From: Haliotis rufescens
Lineage: Eukaryota
NCBI RefSeq assembly: GCF_023055435.1
Contig: NW_025964223.1
Coordinates: 23,746,001 to 23,810,000, forward strand
DNA: 64,000 bases
Direction of reading: 5' to 3'
Shown here: positions 50,325-64,000 of the stretch, piece by piece
How the letters are laid out: every line of letters begins with the position of its first letter
How positions within the stretch are numbered: the first letter of the stretch is position 1
The notes under the pieces: generated by a model
What the model was told of the DNA's origin: nothing
Seen by the model: only the letters and a program-made list of their open reading frames with translations
Databases searched by the model: none
Made by a program: the position numbers and the translations under genes

Positions 50325-52320
50325 GGTTCACTGTGGGTGTTGTGATTCTGATCTGGGAAAAGGTTTCAGACATATTTCATGGACTACCAACCTGATAAGT
50401 ATGCCAGCATTCGGATTTACTAACATAAACATTGCTATCACAGTTTGGAGAGGTCGAGTCGGTTGTTTTGTCCCTCGGGGCGGACAACCACCATGCATAT
50501 ACCTCGGTACACAGCTATCATGTCGGATGCCTTTGGCGTTTTGCCTGCTTTTTTGTAGTTAACATTCTTACTTGCCTCAGGGTCCATCTATAACACCCAC
50601 AGTTCAGGATACAAGGGTTCAAACTATGTTATCTTTTCAGAATGTTTCAGATCAATGTTTGACTCTTGACAATGAGACCACTATTAGTTACCTCGCTAAA
50701 ACACCAGTTTCGTGACGAGAAAGTGAAGTTGAGAAAACACGTACATGTTTTTGACTTGGGAATACAAACTGATAATCTGGAGGCTCAGTCCCGGCGTTGC
50801 AACTTTTCATGGGCTGTCAGATTGAAACAGAGAACAGGGTGTGGGATTTTATGTGCTCGTCACTGAACATCAGCTCCTCCAGCAAAGATGGTATTGAGCG
50901 TACCCTAAGACTGCATATCACGCATTGGGAACAGACATGTGATTGTCAAATTTACCTTCTTTTTTGATAATTCTGAAATATTGACATATTGAACAAAAAA
51001 TTGAAAAAAAATGAACAATTTCGAGTGTCTGAGGATTTTACAGAGCGAATGCGACAGACAGATCAAAATTGATCACCTTCATAATGATAGCGAGGGGTGA
51101 CAAAAAAGTCTCGCGTATGAGCTATGGCAAGTTTGTTATCGATGATACGTGGATTGATGATTACATTGTCACAGACAATAATTCTGGACATACCGTTATG
51201 TATATGAAATCAAACCTGAATTATAATACAGATTTCAAACACTGTATAATAGATTTGACAACCAGATCTCTGCACAACAGACTGTGGAACTAGCACATAA
51301 ATATGGTGGTGTCAATGTAGATACCAACCTTGATACTACAGGTTGATACTAACCAGATCTCAGATGGAATACCAGATTCAACCACTTTTCATCATCAAGA
51401 AGAAAGTACACAAAACTGTTGTTAGGTAAGACCTAGTGAAAACACTGCCTCAATACCAGACATAAATATAACTGATATTATGAGTGGCAACAGTGCCTCA
51501 GTTAGAAAAAATGTTATTACCACCATGTGCTCATGGAATATTAACGGCTTCTTCTCAAAAATTGAGTATTCGGATTTTGCTCTCTTTGGCAAATTATGAG
51601 ACATTTTTTGGTGAATAGAGATAACGCGTATGAATGTGCATGATATTTTGCAAAATTTATTTAACGACTGTGAAATATTTAGTATCTCCCACTTCCTTAA
51701 GAGAGTCTGATAATGCTCTGTCTTTCAGGGTGAAGAATGAGTTGTCCCCCTTACATATTTCCTTCTGTTTGTTTCTATCAACCCTGAGGGTTCACCAGTA
51801 TATTCAGAGAAGAGAATTGAATTGACACGCTCGAAAGGCAATTTATCAACATTCTTCATGCTAATGGCGATTCATTCGAATTTGTATTGTGTGGAGATTT
51901 CATTGCCAGGCAGATTGGAAATCAGTTAGTTAAATCATTAAAGTTCATGTTGATTATTTACCTATTGACAAGGACAATAAAACCGATAACTTCTCTTGTT
52001 CTCAACAATCTTTAGATAAAGTCATAAACAACAATTGCCTAAATCTATTAGATATGTGTATGATACTTAGCATCCTTATAGTTAATATAAAATTAATCAG
52101 ACATCACAGGCGATCTGACTTGTGTATGGCATTCTGGATGCAGCGTTGTTGAAAATTTTATCATTTCTACTAATATTTTTACAAACATACCAGACATATA
52201 CAATAGACTGATGTCTCAAATTGGGATCAGAAAAGACACATCTTCCTGTATTCTTCAGAAAAATATATGTTGGTAATATAGAGAATAACCTTCGCACATC
52301 CTGTTATTACCTATCATGTG
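50325..52320 (+). mobile_element. Paralogous APE-LINE remnant
   Basis: Near-identical to 40915-42900. Confidence 0.7.
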
Positions 52321-52714
52321 TACCTCATGAGTTCATGTTAAAAGTCGGTTGAATTATTTCTTGAAGGGGGTATGGACGTTTTCTCTGATGTGATGTGATG
52401 TGACGTTACGTTACGTGATGACCACCTCTCACAAGACAATCTATGATCTGAGTATGCCGTGTTTGTTGTTTGAGGGGACTTAATGTGAGATGTATTCAGC
52501 CTACTCTACAGAGACAAATGTATTGACCTCATTCTGTAATACATTCTAGTCGTGTCGTGTCAAATTGGAATACAGTTCAAGATAAATTTGATAATTATTT
52601 AACCTTGTCGACATTCAACGGTATCACTGAATATAAATAAAAACATAGACATGACCAGATGGATTACTTAAATATTTTATTGCACAATCAATCAAAGGTG
52701 AAGGTGAAAGTCAT

Positions 52715-54326
52715 CTACTTCCTGGCAGCAACGCAAGAGTTGGCACTGAAGGTGTATGCGCCTTCTGCGGCCTGGACGGCACCCCTACAATGTAAAGGTT
52801 CATGGTGAGGAAGAATGAAAAATTGTAACTGGTACATTCCCTTCAATTTTGTTAGATTACACAACATGTGTTTTTCCTAATTACGGCAGAAAAGGATATT
52901 TATCGTTTCATTAAAATCAATCAATGCGATTAAATCTTGAGACACGGCAAAAATAACACCAAAACATAGTTACACGGTAATTAAATTTCCTGCCCTTGTC
53001 TACTGGATTAATGTTTTTGCTGTCAAATGAAGCACAGTCTAGACGACATATTTATTGAAGCAAGGGGGGGGGGGGGGGGGGGGGGGTGTTTAGAGAGGAC
53101 TGTCAAGATAATGGGGGTTGAATGTTAAATTGTATGTCTTTACCATGACCATTCAAAACAAAAGGACATAAGTGCTACGACTTATGTTATCACTTTACAT
53201 TTTTACGTTGGCTTAGCAAATCGCAAAGAGAACCATCGTATTAATCATCATTGGGATTAATTGCGGTTTCGTTACAGTCGACTATATTCTAGCCTGTTAT
53301 ATTTGGGATGGACTCTAGTTTGCTTTGACACTCTTAGCGCTAGAGTTATGAGACGTATCTCTGTAAAAGTATTTCATTGATATACTTACTCAACACAGTT
53401 CAACTGACACGAGTTTTCGTAGTAGTTGCCGGCGGTGTCACAGACGGGGTCAAGGATGCGGGGACAAAGGCAGTCACAGTTGACAGTGCTGGCTATGAAG
53501 AGACATGAAGGATAGAATGATATGTCTATCCTGATACAGGTCTCTCAGCAAGTATAAGCTTGTTGCAAGGAATATTTTCCACACAGTCTACCTTGTCACA
53601 CACTTTAAATGAACATTTTGTCGAGTTGCGAACCTTGGGCATGCAAGAAACCTATGATCGTGGGTTTGAATCCCGGTTCGCCCCGATTATGTTTCTAGGT
53701 TAGTCAGCACTATACTCATGTTCGTGCGTTTCACCAAAGTGGTAAACGTTTGAGTCGTGCAACACTTTGGGCTTTCCTCCCACGTTAAGCTGACACGCCA
53801 TCATATGATTCGAATACCGCAAAAGGCGGCATTAAACCCAACTCACTCACTCATTCACTATGACTACTAAATGTAAAACGATAGCTATGTAGCTTTATGG
53901 CTGGCTGTGAAGAAATATGAGGGGTAGAATGATATTGCTCAGGAAGCACTTGGTTTTTGCAAGGAATATTTTCCAAACAATATACCTTGATCGACACTTT
54001 AATTGACGACTTTTAGTTAGTAAATGTAAAACGATATAAATTTACTTCATGCAGACGTGGTTCATCTGAAACTGACTAATATGGGTGTGGTGGTGACACT
54101 AATAAGGATCGAAATCAGAAAAAATCTGGGCTTAAAAATTATAAGAGGGTTCTGACTCAACTAACTCTGGCGACTTCCTCCATCTCAGGCGACAGAGTCA
54201 ATTATGACCCGTGGGAAAATGCACAAGGGATTGTGCATGATACATTTGAATATAACTGATGAAACAGAGCTCAAACTCACCACACAGCACCGCAGCAAAA
54301 ACAGCAAGAATAACAGCAGCCTTCAT
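52715..54326 (-). CDS. K10: secreted Kazal-type inhibitor precursor, 72 aa
   Basis: Exons 54326-54281, 53492-53390, 52784-52715. As K8 except YYDN>YYEN; 34-nt deletion in the 3'UTR. Confidence 0.9.
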
Positions 54327-55944
54327 CGTGATGCCAAAGGATGGAGCTTCTCTTCCGAACAGGATCAAAGTATCGAATGGATTCAAATGTCTGTATTTAT
54401 ACACTACATACGGCCCATAAAATACTAATTCAAGTAATATATAGCTCCTCGGTCGATTTTTAAGTCGAGGATATATTGTATCCTCAAGCACCGGGTTGCT
54501 ATAAGTAGTTTGTGTCGCGTACTACCAACTTCATATCAACATAAAAACAATCTCATGTGAACGTAAAACTATATTTATTATTCAAACAACATGTTTTGCC
54601 ATAGCATCCACTTTGGGTCAATTTGGAGCTTTGTTTTCAGACTTGCAGGTGTTACTGAGTTTTCGATGCCCGGTTTCAAATATTAACATTTCAGGGCATC
54701 GAATATTCAATAACATCCGATAATCGAAAACACGAAATGTTTCTCGACATTGCAAAATACAGAAGTTGTAATCTTCTGCAGCACTCTCTCTTGATGTGAA
54801 CTCTCACAGTTGTGAGGCAGACATGTCGTCACTCTGCAATGGGCTGACGTCATGCTGGAATACTTTGACGCCTGGTACAACTGAACTCATATTGTTGGCA
54901 GAATGTGGAAAAAACAAGTAAACGAAAATTGGTCTGAAACATATTGATCCAACTGGATAATTATTTAACGTGTCACTGCCATGAAGGCATAATCACAACA
55001 ACAAAAATGGCTTCATCCACCTCTTGATTCACATGAGTAAAAAACAATCTCAACGGTCAACCCATTACACAATGGTAGCATGACAGAGGATAGAACTTAC
55101 AGCTTATAACTTATAACACAAAGAGGTGAGCAGCAATTATTCCAAGCAGGATGTTGGCATCATCGGCTTATTTCTCCACAACGAATTGCGCTTCGCGTAC
55201 CCTGATGTTATGGAGTCTCTGATTTTGCAACCTCTGTCAGTTGTAAAAGGTAAAGTGATGCGTAATGACGTTTAACGCCGCGTTGAATAGTATTGCACTT
55301 ACAAAGCGACATGCACTAGTTCGGACCAGTGCCGATTTTATAGTGCTAGCCAACTGAGATGCCATGCTTCAGTTTGACATGAACACAATGACAGAGTATA
55401 CTGCGAGCCGGACCTGTCCTTGTGTTTAAGTCCCTAAATGCTGAGTGCCCGACAGAATAACAACAAATAATCTTTTCACGTCATTTGGTGTGATGCAGCC
55501 GGGGATCGAACCCCGACCCTCCGCTCTCTGGGCAGACACTCAGCCACTGGATCTCGGGGGTGGTCCAGTTGTAATAAATATGCAACAATGGTGGTTCATT
55601 TGGAACATAAATGCACTGTGTTTCGATATAGAGCTAGCATTCCTGTCAATGCATGTCATTTGTATAATGATGTGGGGAAAAAACTTGATGTGATCCTAAT
55701 AAAATCCAGCCATCTGATTGCAGAACTCATATAAATCGGTTAGTCCTCCTACCTATGCCTATATGACGTCATCTGCTTGTCACGTCATATTTGACATGGT
55801 TCCCATTTTGAGTTAACATACAGATCTCACTGGCGTCATAAGGTAGAATTGATATTGTCAAACAAACATAGTTCAAAACACGTCGTGAAAATGAATATAA
55901 ACTGGGGAGCAAAATAGAATACACCGAGTTTGTTTTTTCGTGTA

Positions 55945-56119
55945 CAGTTAACTACGGTTATAACGAACTCAAAGGGACTACTAATTTTAGAACGTTATAA
56001 CCGTAATTCGTTATAAGCATATATACAGCATAACTACAGCATATAGTCGGGACTAAAAAGTTAGTTCGTTATATCCGTTAGTTCGTTATAAGCGTGTTCG
56101 TTATAACCGTAGTTTACTG
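55945..56119. mobile_element. pogo/Tigger-like MITE copy
   Basis: As 37249-37423. Confidence 0.85.
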
Positions 56120-56733
56120 TAATTGAAAATTAAAAGAACTATTGTTAAATTTGCCTACTTGACCATCAACCATTCCTTCAAATGTTATAAAATTGTGTTC
56201 AGAAAAAATTATTTTCCTAAGTTACCAATTACCAGCATCGTATGATTTTGGGGGGAAAATAATTAAAAGTTATCCCCAAAAAAATATTTAAAATAATAAA
56301 ACCTTGTAGAAGTATTATTTGAGTGCTGACTAAGCGCCGGTATAGTTCATTTTGGGGAAATAATATGTCTAACTTGTGATATTTTTATTTGAAAATCATT
56401 CATATGGTAAAATCCACTGAGAGGTATTGTTTCATTTGATCCTCAGATTAACTGAACATTTCAGAACAGCCTTCAACCTTCGATCTCGCTTTGTGTAAAC
56501 CCATTCAGCTAGTCCGGTATACCTGGGTAATGGCACATCAACTACTCACCACAACCTCGTGCATAACACATAAAGTTTTAAGAGAATTTAAAATCATACC
56601 TTACAAATCGGCTAAGGAGACATTTATCTCTTTAATTCTTTATGTGTGCTTGTGTGGTGTATAAATGCGGAGATTTCAATCCATTCGACACTTTGATCCT
56701 GTTCGGAAGAGAAGCTCCACCTATAGCATCAAT

Positions 56734-57858
56734 ATGAAGGCTGTCGCTATTCTTGCTGTTCTTGCTGTTGTGCTGTGCGGTGAGTTTAACTTTTGTTTTA
56801 GAAGTTCTATTCCAATGTATATCCAGAATCTGTTGTGCATTTTCCAAGGGTTTACATTTGGCCCAATCGTCAGTCGATGTGTCCATAGAGCCAGAATACT
56901 CTCAAATTTGTTTTCAATCCCAGATTCGTTCTGATATTAATCCTTGGTTCGTCGGCATCCCACCCGTGCTTGTTGGTTTCAGAAGGAGTCGGCCTAGTCC
57001 TAATAAAGTTTCATAGCTATCGTTTTACATTTAGTAATCCCAGTGAGGGAGTGAGTTGAGTTTAACGCCACCTTTTGTGGTATTCCAATTGTCAGCTGAC
57101 GGCGTGTCAGTTGAATGGAGGAGGAAAGCCCGAAGTGATCCACAACTCAAACGTTTACCACTTCGGTGAAACTCACAAACATGAATATGGTACCGACAAA
57201 CCTGGAAACATAATTGGTGCGAACTGGGATTAGAACCCACTATCATAGGTTTCTTGCGTACCTAAGGGACGCAACTCTGCAAAGCGGATGGACCACGACA
57301 CATAGCTATACTTTTAGTAATTAAAAGCCGTCCATTTAAAGTGTGTATTGTGTGGAAAAGATTCATTGTAACTTCATTGTGCTTGCTGAGGGACCTGTAT
57401 TAAGATAGAAATATCATTCTACCTTTCATCCCTCTTCACAGCCAGCACTGTCAACTGTGACTGCCTTTGTCCCCGCATCCTTGACCCCGTCTGTGACACC
57501 GCCGGCAACTACTACGACAACTCGTGCCAGTTGAACTGCGTTGAGTAAGTATATGCATAAAATATGCTTACAGAGATTCCTCTCATACCTCCATTCTAGT
57601 ACTAGGAGTATCAAATCAAAGTAGAGTTCATCCCAGATTAGAATATGGTGGTTAATCATCGCCGGTAACGAAACTGCAGCTAACCTATATGACGATTAAA
57701 TACCACGGTACTTTTTGTGATTTGAAAGTCAAATGTAAATTGATCCAAAAGGTGAAAATGGTCATCACGATGAACCTTTACATTGTAGGGGTGCCGTCCA
57801 GGCCGCAGAAGGCGCCTACACCTTCAGTGCCAATTCTTGTGTTGCTGCCAGGAAGTAG
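56734..57858 (+). CDS. K11: secreted Kazal-type inhibitor precursor, 72 aa
   Basis: Exons 56734-56779, 57442-57544, 57789-57858; protein identical to K7/K9. Confidence 0.9.
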
Positions 57859-59707
57859 ATGACGTTCACCTTCACCTTTAACCAAATGGAGCGTCCCCGA
57901 CTACAGAAGCACATACTGGTTGTGCAATAAAACATAGAAGCAATCCATCTGTCTGTTTTTCATGTATATTTACATCTTCCCGAGCAAGAGAGTTAACTGA
58001 CTATAAAAGTCCAGTTTCCAACCTTGCCGAACTAGGCTGGTATAATGGAGTTACATTTTGCTAGACTAACGAGTCTATGCATAGTCCAATCAAAATCGCG
58101 CAACGAAATGATGACATTTGTTTTTAGGCAAAAGTCTCCCCGCCACAGAGGGGCATGTCAAAGCCCATTATGATATCCCGTTCTAAACACAACTGTTCAC
58201 AATGTAATAATTCTTTAATTTGAAGTTTACACGATATACGGCTTTTCCATTGGACGAGTGGTCGGTCGCATGACCGCGAAATTGACGTTCATAAGTGTAT
58301 GAACGACACAATTTGACGTTCATACGTTTTTCACGAAATCGTGTTCTTGAAATGACGTAAACTCTGACGGACTACTTCCACATTCCTTGGGAAACCCCTG
58401 GGAATTCCCTAGCACGAAAACATACATAAGCGTTCTTTCTGATCGTTTAGAACCTTTATACTTGGTCTCAGCGTTTCAGTCTACATTGAGAAATGTCAGA
58501 GAGCGTGACTGCATGATTGTTCACGAATAGCCTCGCTCCGGCCTATCCAAATGAACAAACGAAGAAATGCACATCTAAACTATCGTGGTATCGACTCAAT
58601 CCGTGCCTAGGCTGACATTGACCGTCTCCAGCAATCTACGCATTTACCTTGGTGTCTGTTTGACGCATCTTTAATCACCTTTCAATAATCGGTCAGTTGA
58701 TCAATGATGACTAACACATGTAACCGCTACAGGTTCATTAACAACTTCGGAAATCCTCCCGTCACGTTTATCGTGTCGGCCATTTTGACGTCTTGTACTT
58801 AATGTAAAGGTATTACGACGCGCTTTCATTGTGACTGACTTGCAGAGGTAGTTCTTTACAGACCTTTCTCATCTATTGGTGATATTATTTGAACACATGT
58901 GTTGCGTAAGATGTTTCTGAAGAGCAAGTTGTGCATCCATACGCTCATGTTCTTTTCATTTTGGGGAACTATTTTATTCCGCGATATAGCTGGTTGTTGT
59001 TTGGCTGTCAGTGTAAACATGAAGTCACACGTACTAAATAAAATTGTGTTTAGATCTTGGCCTACATCCTTTGAGGTAGGAAATTGTGATATAAAATTAT
59101 AAGAATTGACTTTCACTTTGTCGCAAGCTCCGACGTTCATACAGTTTGGCCCTCACTCTACGAAGGTTCATACTCCAATGAACTCACACAAAGTGAGGGT
59201 CAATTCTTAATTGAAGTTGTCAATTCATTAGTATATATCCCTGATACCGTCATTGATGTGATACAATTAATATAGTGGCAAGGAACATCATCCCTAATGG
59301 TTAATCACACTGTTAGGTCTTGGGGTAAAGCTTCCGGTAAGTTAAAGACAAATTATGTAGACATTAAAAGGGTTGCTTATTCACCAATCAACCCAGACAG
59401 GATACGACAAAGGGAGGACAGACTAGAGAGTTGACTGACCACTGGCCATTCTCTGCCATCATTGTTTCATTCCAATCTTCATTCAGTCCCCTCCTACAAC
59501 ACGCATGCTGAACTCAGAGCATAAATTGGTCGGAATGTTGGCGCACGTAAATGCAATGTTGTAGTAACGTATATATTTCCATCAAATAGGGAGTCAACCG
59601 GCTTTGTTGTGTAGAGGATAGGGCATCTGTCCGGAGAGAGAGTGAAAGGGTCCGTGGTTCCATTCCCTGCCCCGTCATATCAAAAGACGTGAACATATGG
59701 TCACGTG

Positions 59708-61700
59708 ATTAGGTTCACTGTGGGTGTTGTGATTCTGATCTGGGAAAAGGTTTCAGACATATTTCATGGACAACCAACCTGATAAGTATGCCAGCATTCG
59801 GATTTACTGACATAAACATTGCTATCACAGTTTGGAGAGGTCGAGTCGGTTGTTTTGTCCCTCGGGGCGGACAACCACCATGCATATACCTCGGTACACA
59901 GCTATCATGTCGGATGCCTTTGGCGTTTTGCCTGCTTTTTTGTAGTTAACATTCTTACTTACCTCAGGGTCCATCTATAACACCCACAGTTCAGGATACA
60001 AGGGTTCAAACTATGTTATCTTTTCAGAATGTTTCAGATCAATGTTTGACTCTTGACAATGAGACCACTATTAGTTACCTCGCTAAAACACCAGTTTCGT
60101 GACGAGAAAGTGAAGTTGAGAAAACACGTACATGTTTTTGACTTGGGAATACAAACTGGTAATCTGGAGGCTCAGTCCCGGCGTTGCAACTTTTCATGGG
60201 CTGTCAGATTGAAACAGAGAACAGGGTGTGGGATTTCATGTGCTCGTCACTGAACATCAGCTCCTCCAGCACAGATGGTATTGAGCGTACCCTAAGACTG
60301 CATATCACGCATTGGGAACAGACATGTGATTGTCAAATTTACCTTCTTTTATGATAATTCTGAAATGTTGACATATTGAAAAAAAGAAAAGAAAATGAAC
60401 AATTTCGAGTGTCTGACGATTTTACAGAGCGAATGCGACAGACAGATCAAAATTGATCACCTTCATAATGATAGCGAGGGGTGACAAAAAAGTCTCGCGT
60501 ATGAGCTATGGCAAGTTGGTTATCGATGATACGTGGATTGATGATTACATTGTCACAGACAATAATTCTGGACATACCGTTATGTATATGAAATCAAACC
60601 TGAATTATAATACAGATTTCAAACACTGTATAATAGATTTGACAACCAGATCTCTGCACAACAGACTGTGGTACTAGCACATAAATATGTTGGTGTCAAT
60701 GTAGATACCAACCTTGATACTACAGGTTGATACTAACCAGATCTCAGGTGGAATACCAGATTCAACCACTTTTCATCATCAAGAAGAAAGTACACAAAAC
60801 TGTCGTTAGGTAAGACCTAGTGAAAACACTGCCTCAATACCAGACATAAATATAACTGATTTTATGAGTGGCAACAGTGCCTCAGTTAGAAAAAATGTTA
60901 TTACCACCATATGCTCATGGAATATTAACGGCTTCTTCTCAAAAATTGAGTATTCGGATTTTGCTCTCTTTTGCAAAATATGAGACATTTTCTGGTGAAT
61001 AGAGATAACGTGTATGAATGTGCATGATATTTTGCAAAATTTATTTAACGACTATGAAATATTTAGTATCTCCCACTTCCTTAAGAGAGTCTGATAATGC
61101 TCTGTCTTTCAGGGTGAAGAATGAGTTGTCCCCCTTACATATTTCCTTCTGTTTGTTTCTATCAACCCTGAGGGTTCACCAGTATATTCAGAGAAGAGAA
61201 TTGAATTGACACGCTCGAAAGGCAATTTATCAACATTCTTCATGCTAATGGCGATTCATTCGAATTTGTATTGTGTGGAGATTTCATTGCCAGGCAGATT
61301 GGAAATCAGTTAGTTAAATTATTAATGTTCATGTTGATTATTTACCTATTGACAAGGACAATAAAACCGATAACTTCTCTTGTTCTCAACAATCTTTAGA
61401 TAAAGTCATAAACAACAATTGCCTATATCTATTAGATATGTGTATGATACTTGGCATCCTTATAGTTAATAGAAGAATTAATCAGACATCACAGGCGATC
61501 TGGCTTGTGTATGGCATTCTGGATGCAGCGTTGTTGAAAATTTTATCATTTCCACTGATATTTTTACAAACATACCAGACATATACAATAGACTGATGTC
61601 TCAAATTGGGATCAGAAAAGACACATCTTCCTGTATTCTTCAGAAAAATATATGTTGGTAATATAGAGAATAACCTTCGCACATCCTGTTATTACCTATC
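59708..61700 (+). mobile_element. Paralogous APE-LINE remnant
   Basis: Near-identical to 40915-42900. Confidence 0.7.
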
Positions 61701-62235
61701 ATGTGTACCTCATGAGTTCATGTTAAAAGTCGGTTGAATTATTTCTTGAAGGGGGTATGGACGTTTTCTCTGATGTGATGTGATGTGACGTTACGTTACG
61801 TGATGACCACCTCTCACAAGACAATCTATGTTCTGAGTATGCCGTGTTTGTTGTTTGAGGGGACTTAATGTGGAACGGGTGGAAACATCATTCGTCAGTC
61901 ATCATTACGTCTGCAAAAGGGAGATATAGGCCATTCACACTTTCAATTCTGCTTACAGTATCGCAAACAGATGTGAGATGTATTCAGCCTACTCTACAGA
62001 CACAAATGTATTGACCTCATTCTGTAATACATTCTGTCGTGTCGTGTCGAATTGGAATACAGTTCAAGATAAATTTGATAATTATTTAACCTTGTCGACA
62101 TTCAACGGTATCACTGAATATAAATAAAAACATAGACATGACCAGATGGATTACTTAAATATTTTATTGCACAATCAATATGTGCTTCTGTAGTCGGGGA
62201 CGCTCCATTTGGTCAAAGGTGAAGGTGAAAGTCAT

Positions 62236-63832
62236 CTACTTCCTGGCAGCAACGCAAGAGTTGGCACTGAAGGTGTATGCGCCTTCTGCGGCCTGGACGG
62301 CACCCCTACAATGTTAAGGTTCATCGTGAGGCAAGAATGAAAAATGTAACTGGTACATTCCCTTCAATTTTGTTAGATTACACAACTTTTTTTTTTCATA
62401 ATGACAGCACAAAAGGATATTTATCGTTCCATTAATGCGATTAAATCTTGAGTCAAGGTAAAAATAACACCAAAACATGTTTACACGGTAATTGAATTTC
62501 CTGCCCTTGTCTACCGGATTCATGTTTTTGCTGTCAAATGAAGCAGATATATGTAGACGACATATTTATTGAAGCAAGGGGGAGAGGTTTCGTGGGGGTG
62601 GGAATGGGTGGGGTGTTTAGAGTGACTGTCAGGATAATTCGGGTTGAATGTTAAATTGTATGTCTTTACCATGACCATTCAAAACAAAAGGACATAAGGA
62701 CATCACTTTAGATATTTACGTTGGCTCAGCAAATCGCAAAGAGAACCATCGTATTAATCATCATTGAGATTAATTGCGGTTTCGTTACAGTCGACTGGAT
62801 TGTAGCCTGTTATATTTGGGATAGACTCTAGTTTGCTTTGACACTCTTAGCGCTTGAGTTATGAGACGTATCTCTGTAAAAGTATTTCATTGATATACTT
62901 ACTCAACACAGTTCAACTGACACGAGTTGTCGTAGTAGTTGCCGGCGGTGTCACAGACGGGGTCAAGGATGCGGGGACAAAGGCAGTCACAGTTGACAGT
63001 GCTGGCTATAAAGAGACATGAAGGATAGAATGATATGTCTATCCTGATACAGGTCTCTCAGCAAGTATAAGCTTGTTGCAAGGAATATTTTCCACACAGT
63101 CTGCCTTGTCACACACTTTAAATGAATATTTTGTCGAATTGCGAACCTTGGGCATGCAAGAAACCTATGATCGTGGGTTTGAATCCCGGTTCGCCCCGAT
63201 TATGTTTCTAGGTTAGTCAGCACCATACTCATGTTCGTGAGTTTCACCAAAGTGGTAAACGTTTGAGTCGTGCATCACTTCGGGCTGACGTTAAGCTGAC
63301 ACGCCATCATATGATTGGAATACCGCAAAAGGCGGCATTAAACCCAACTCACTCACTCATTCACTATGATTACTAAATGTAAAACGATAGCTATGTAGCT
63401 TTATGGCTGGCTGTGAAGAAATATGAGGGGTAGAATGATATTGCTCAGGAAGCACTTGGTTTTTGCAAGGAATATTTTCCAAACAATATACCTTGATCGA
63501 CACTTTAATTGACGACTTTTAGTTAGTAAATGTTTAACGATATAAATTTACTTCATGCAGACGTGGTTCATCTGAAACTGACTAATATGGGCGTGGTGGT
63601 GACACTAATAAGGATCGAAATCAGAACAAATCTGGGCTTAAAAATTATAAGAGGGTTCTGACTCAACTAACTCTGGCGACTTCCTCCATCTCAGGCGACA
63701 GAGTCAATTATGACCCGTGGGAAAATGCACAACGGATTGTGCATGATACATTTGAATATAACTGATGAAACAGAGCTCAAACTCACCACACAGCACCGCA
63801 GCAAAAACAGCAAGAATAACAGCAGCCTTCAT
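62236..63832 (-). CDS. K12: secreted Kazal-type inhibitor precursor, 72 aa
   Basis: Exons 63832-63787, 63005-62903, 62305-62236; protein identical to K8. Confidence 0.9.
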
Positions 63833-64000
63833 CGTGATGCAAAAGGATGGAGCTTCTCTTCCGAACAGGATCAAAGTATCGAATGGATTCAAATGTCTGT
63901 ATTTATACACTACATACGGCCCATAAAATACTTGTCCAAGTAATATATAGCTCCTCGGTCGATTTACAAGTCGAGGATATATTGTAACCGGGTTGCTTTT

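Larger units (their letters stand above)
3700..64000. repeat. Tandem segmental array of a two-gene (+/-) cassette, about 6 units
   Basis: ATGs of the + genes are at 6096, 18426, 28275, 38051, 47352, 56734 (spacings 12330, 9849, 9776, 9301, 9382). Homology of units 1 and 2 begins at ~3700 vs ~16076. The anchor acggtcaacccattacac recurs at ~36361, ~45675 and ~55054. Confidence 0.95.

Overview
Eukaryotic, intron-containing, AT-rich genomic DNA. It is probably molluscan: the SINEs with (ACTC)n tails resemble abalone/gastropod repeats, which is an inference. The ORF track misses the main content, a tandem array of 12 copies of a small three-exon gene in strictly alternating orientation (+,-,+,-...) from ~6.1 kb to beyond the right edge. 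I call them K1-K12. Eleven copies splice (GT-AG, exons of 46+103+70 nt) into intact 72-aa secreted precursors carrying one short leech/insect-type Kazal domain (C-x-C-[P/S]-R-I-L-D-P-V-C...N-x-C-x3-C...C) with an invariant predicted P1 Arg. K2 is a pseudogene. The repeat unit is a two-gene cassette of ~9.3-12.3 kb, and the three right-hand units are near-identical. The array shows signs of conversion between inverted neighbours, a relic partial exon and a conserved in-frame ORF directly after the stop codon. The intergenic DNA is a mix of SINEs (four families), MITEs and decayed RLE-LINE, APE-LINE, Tc1, MULE and Penelope-like fragments, plus microsatellites and one 141-N assembly gap.
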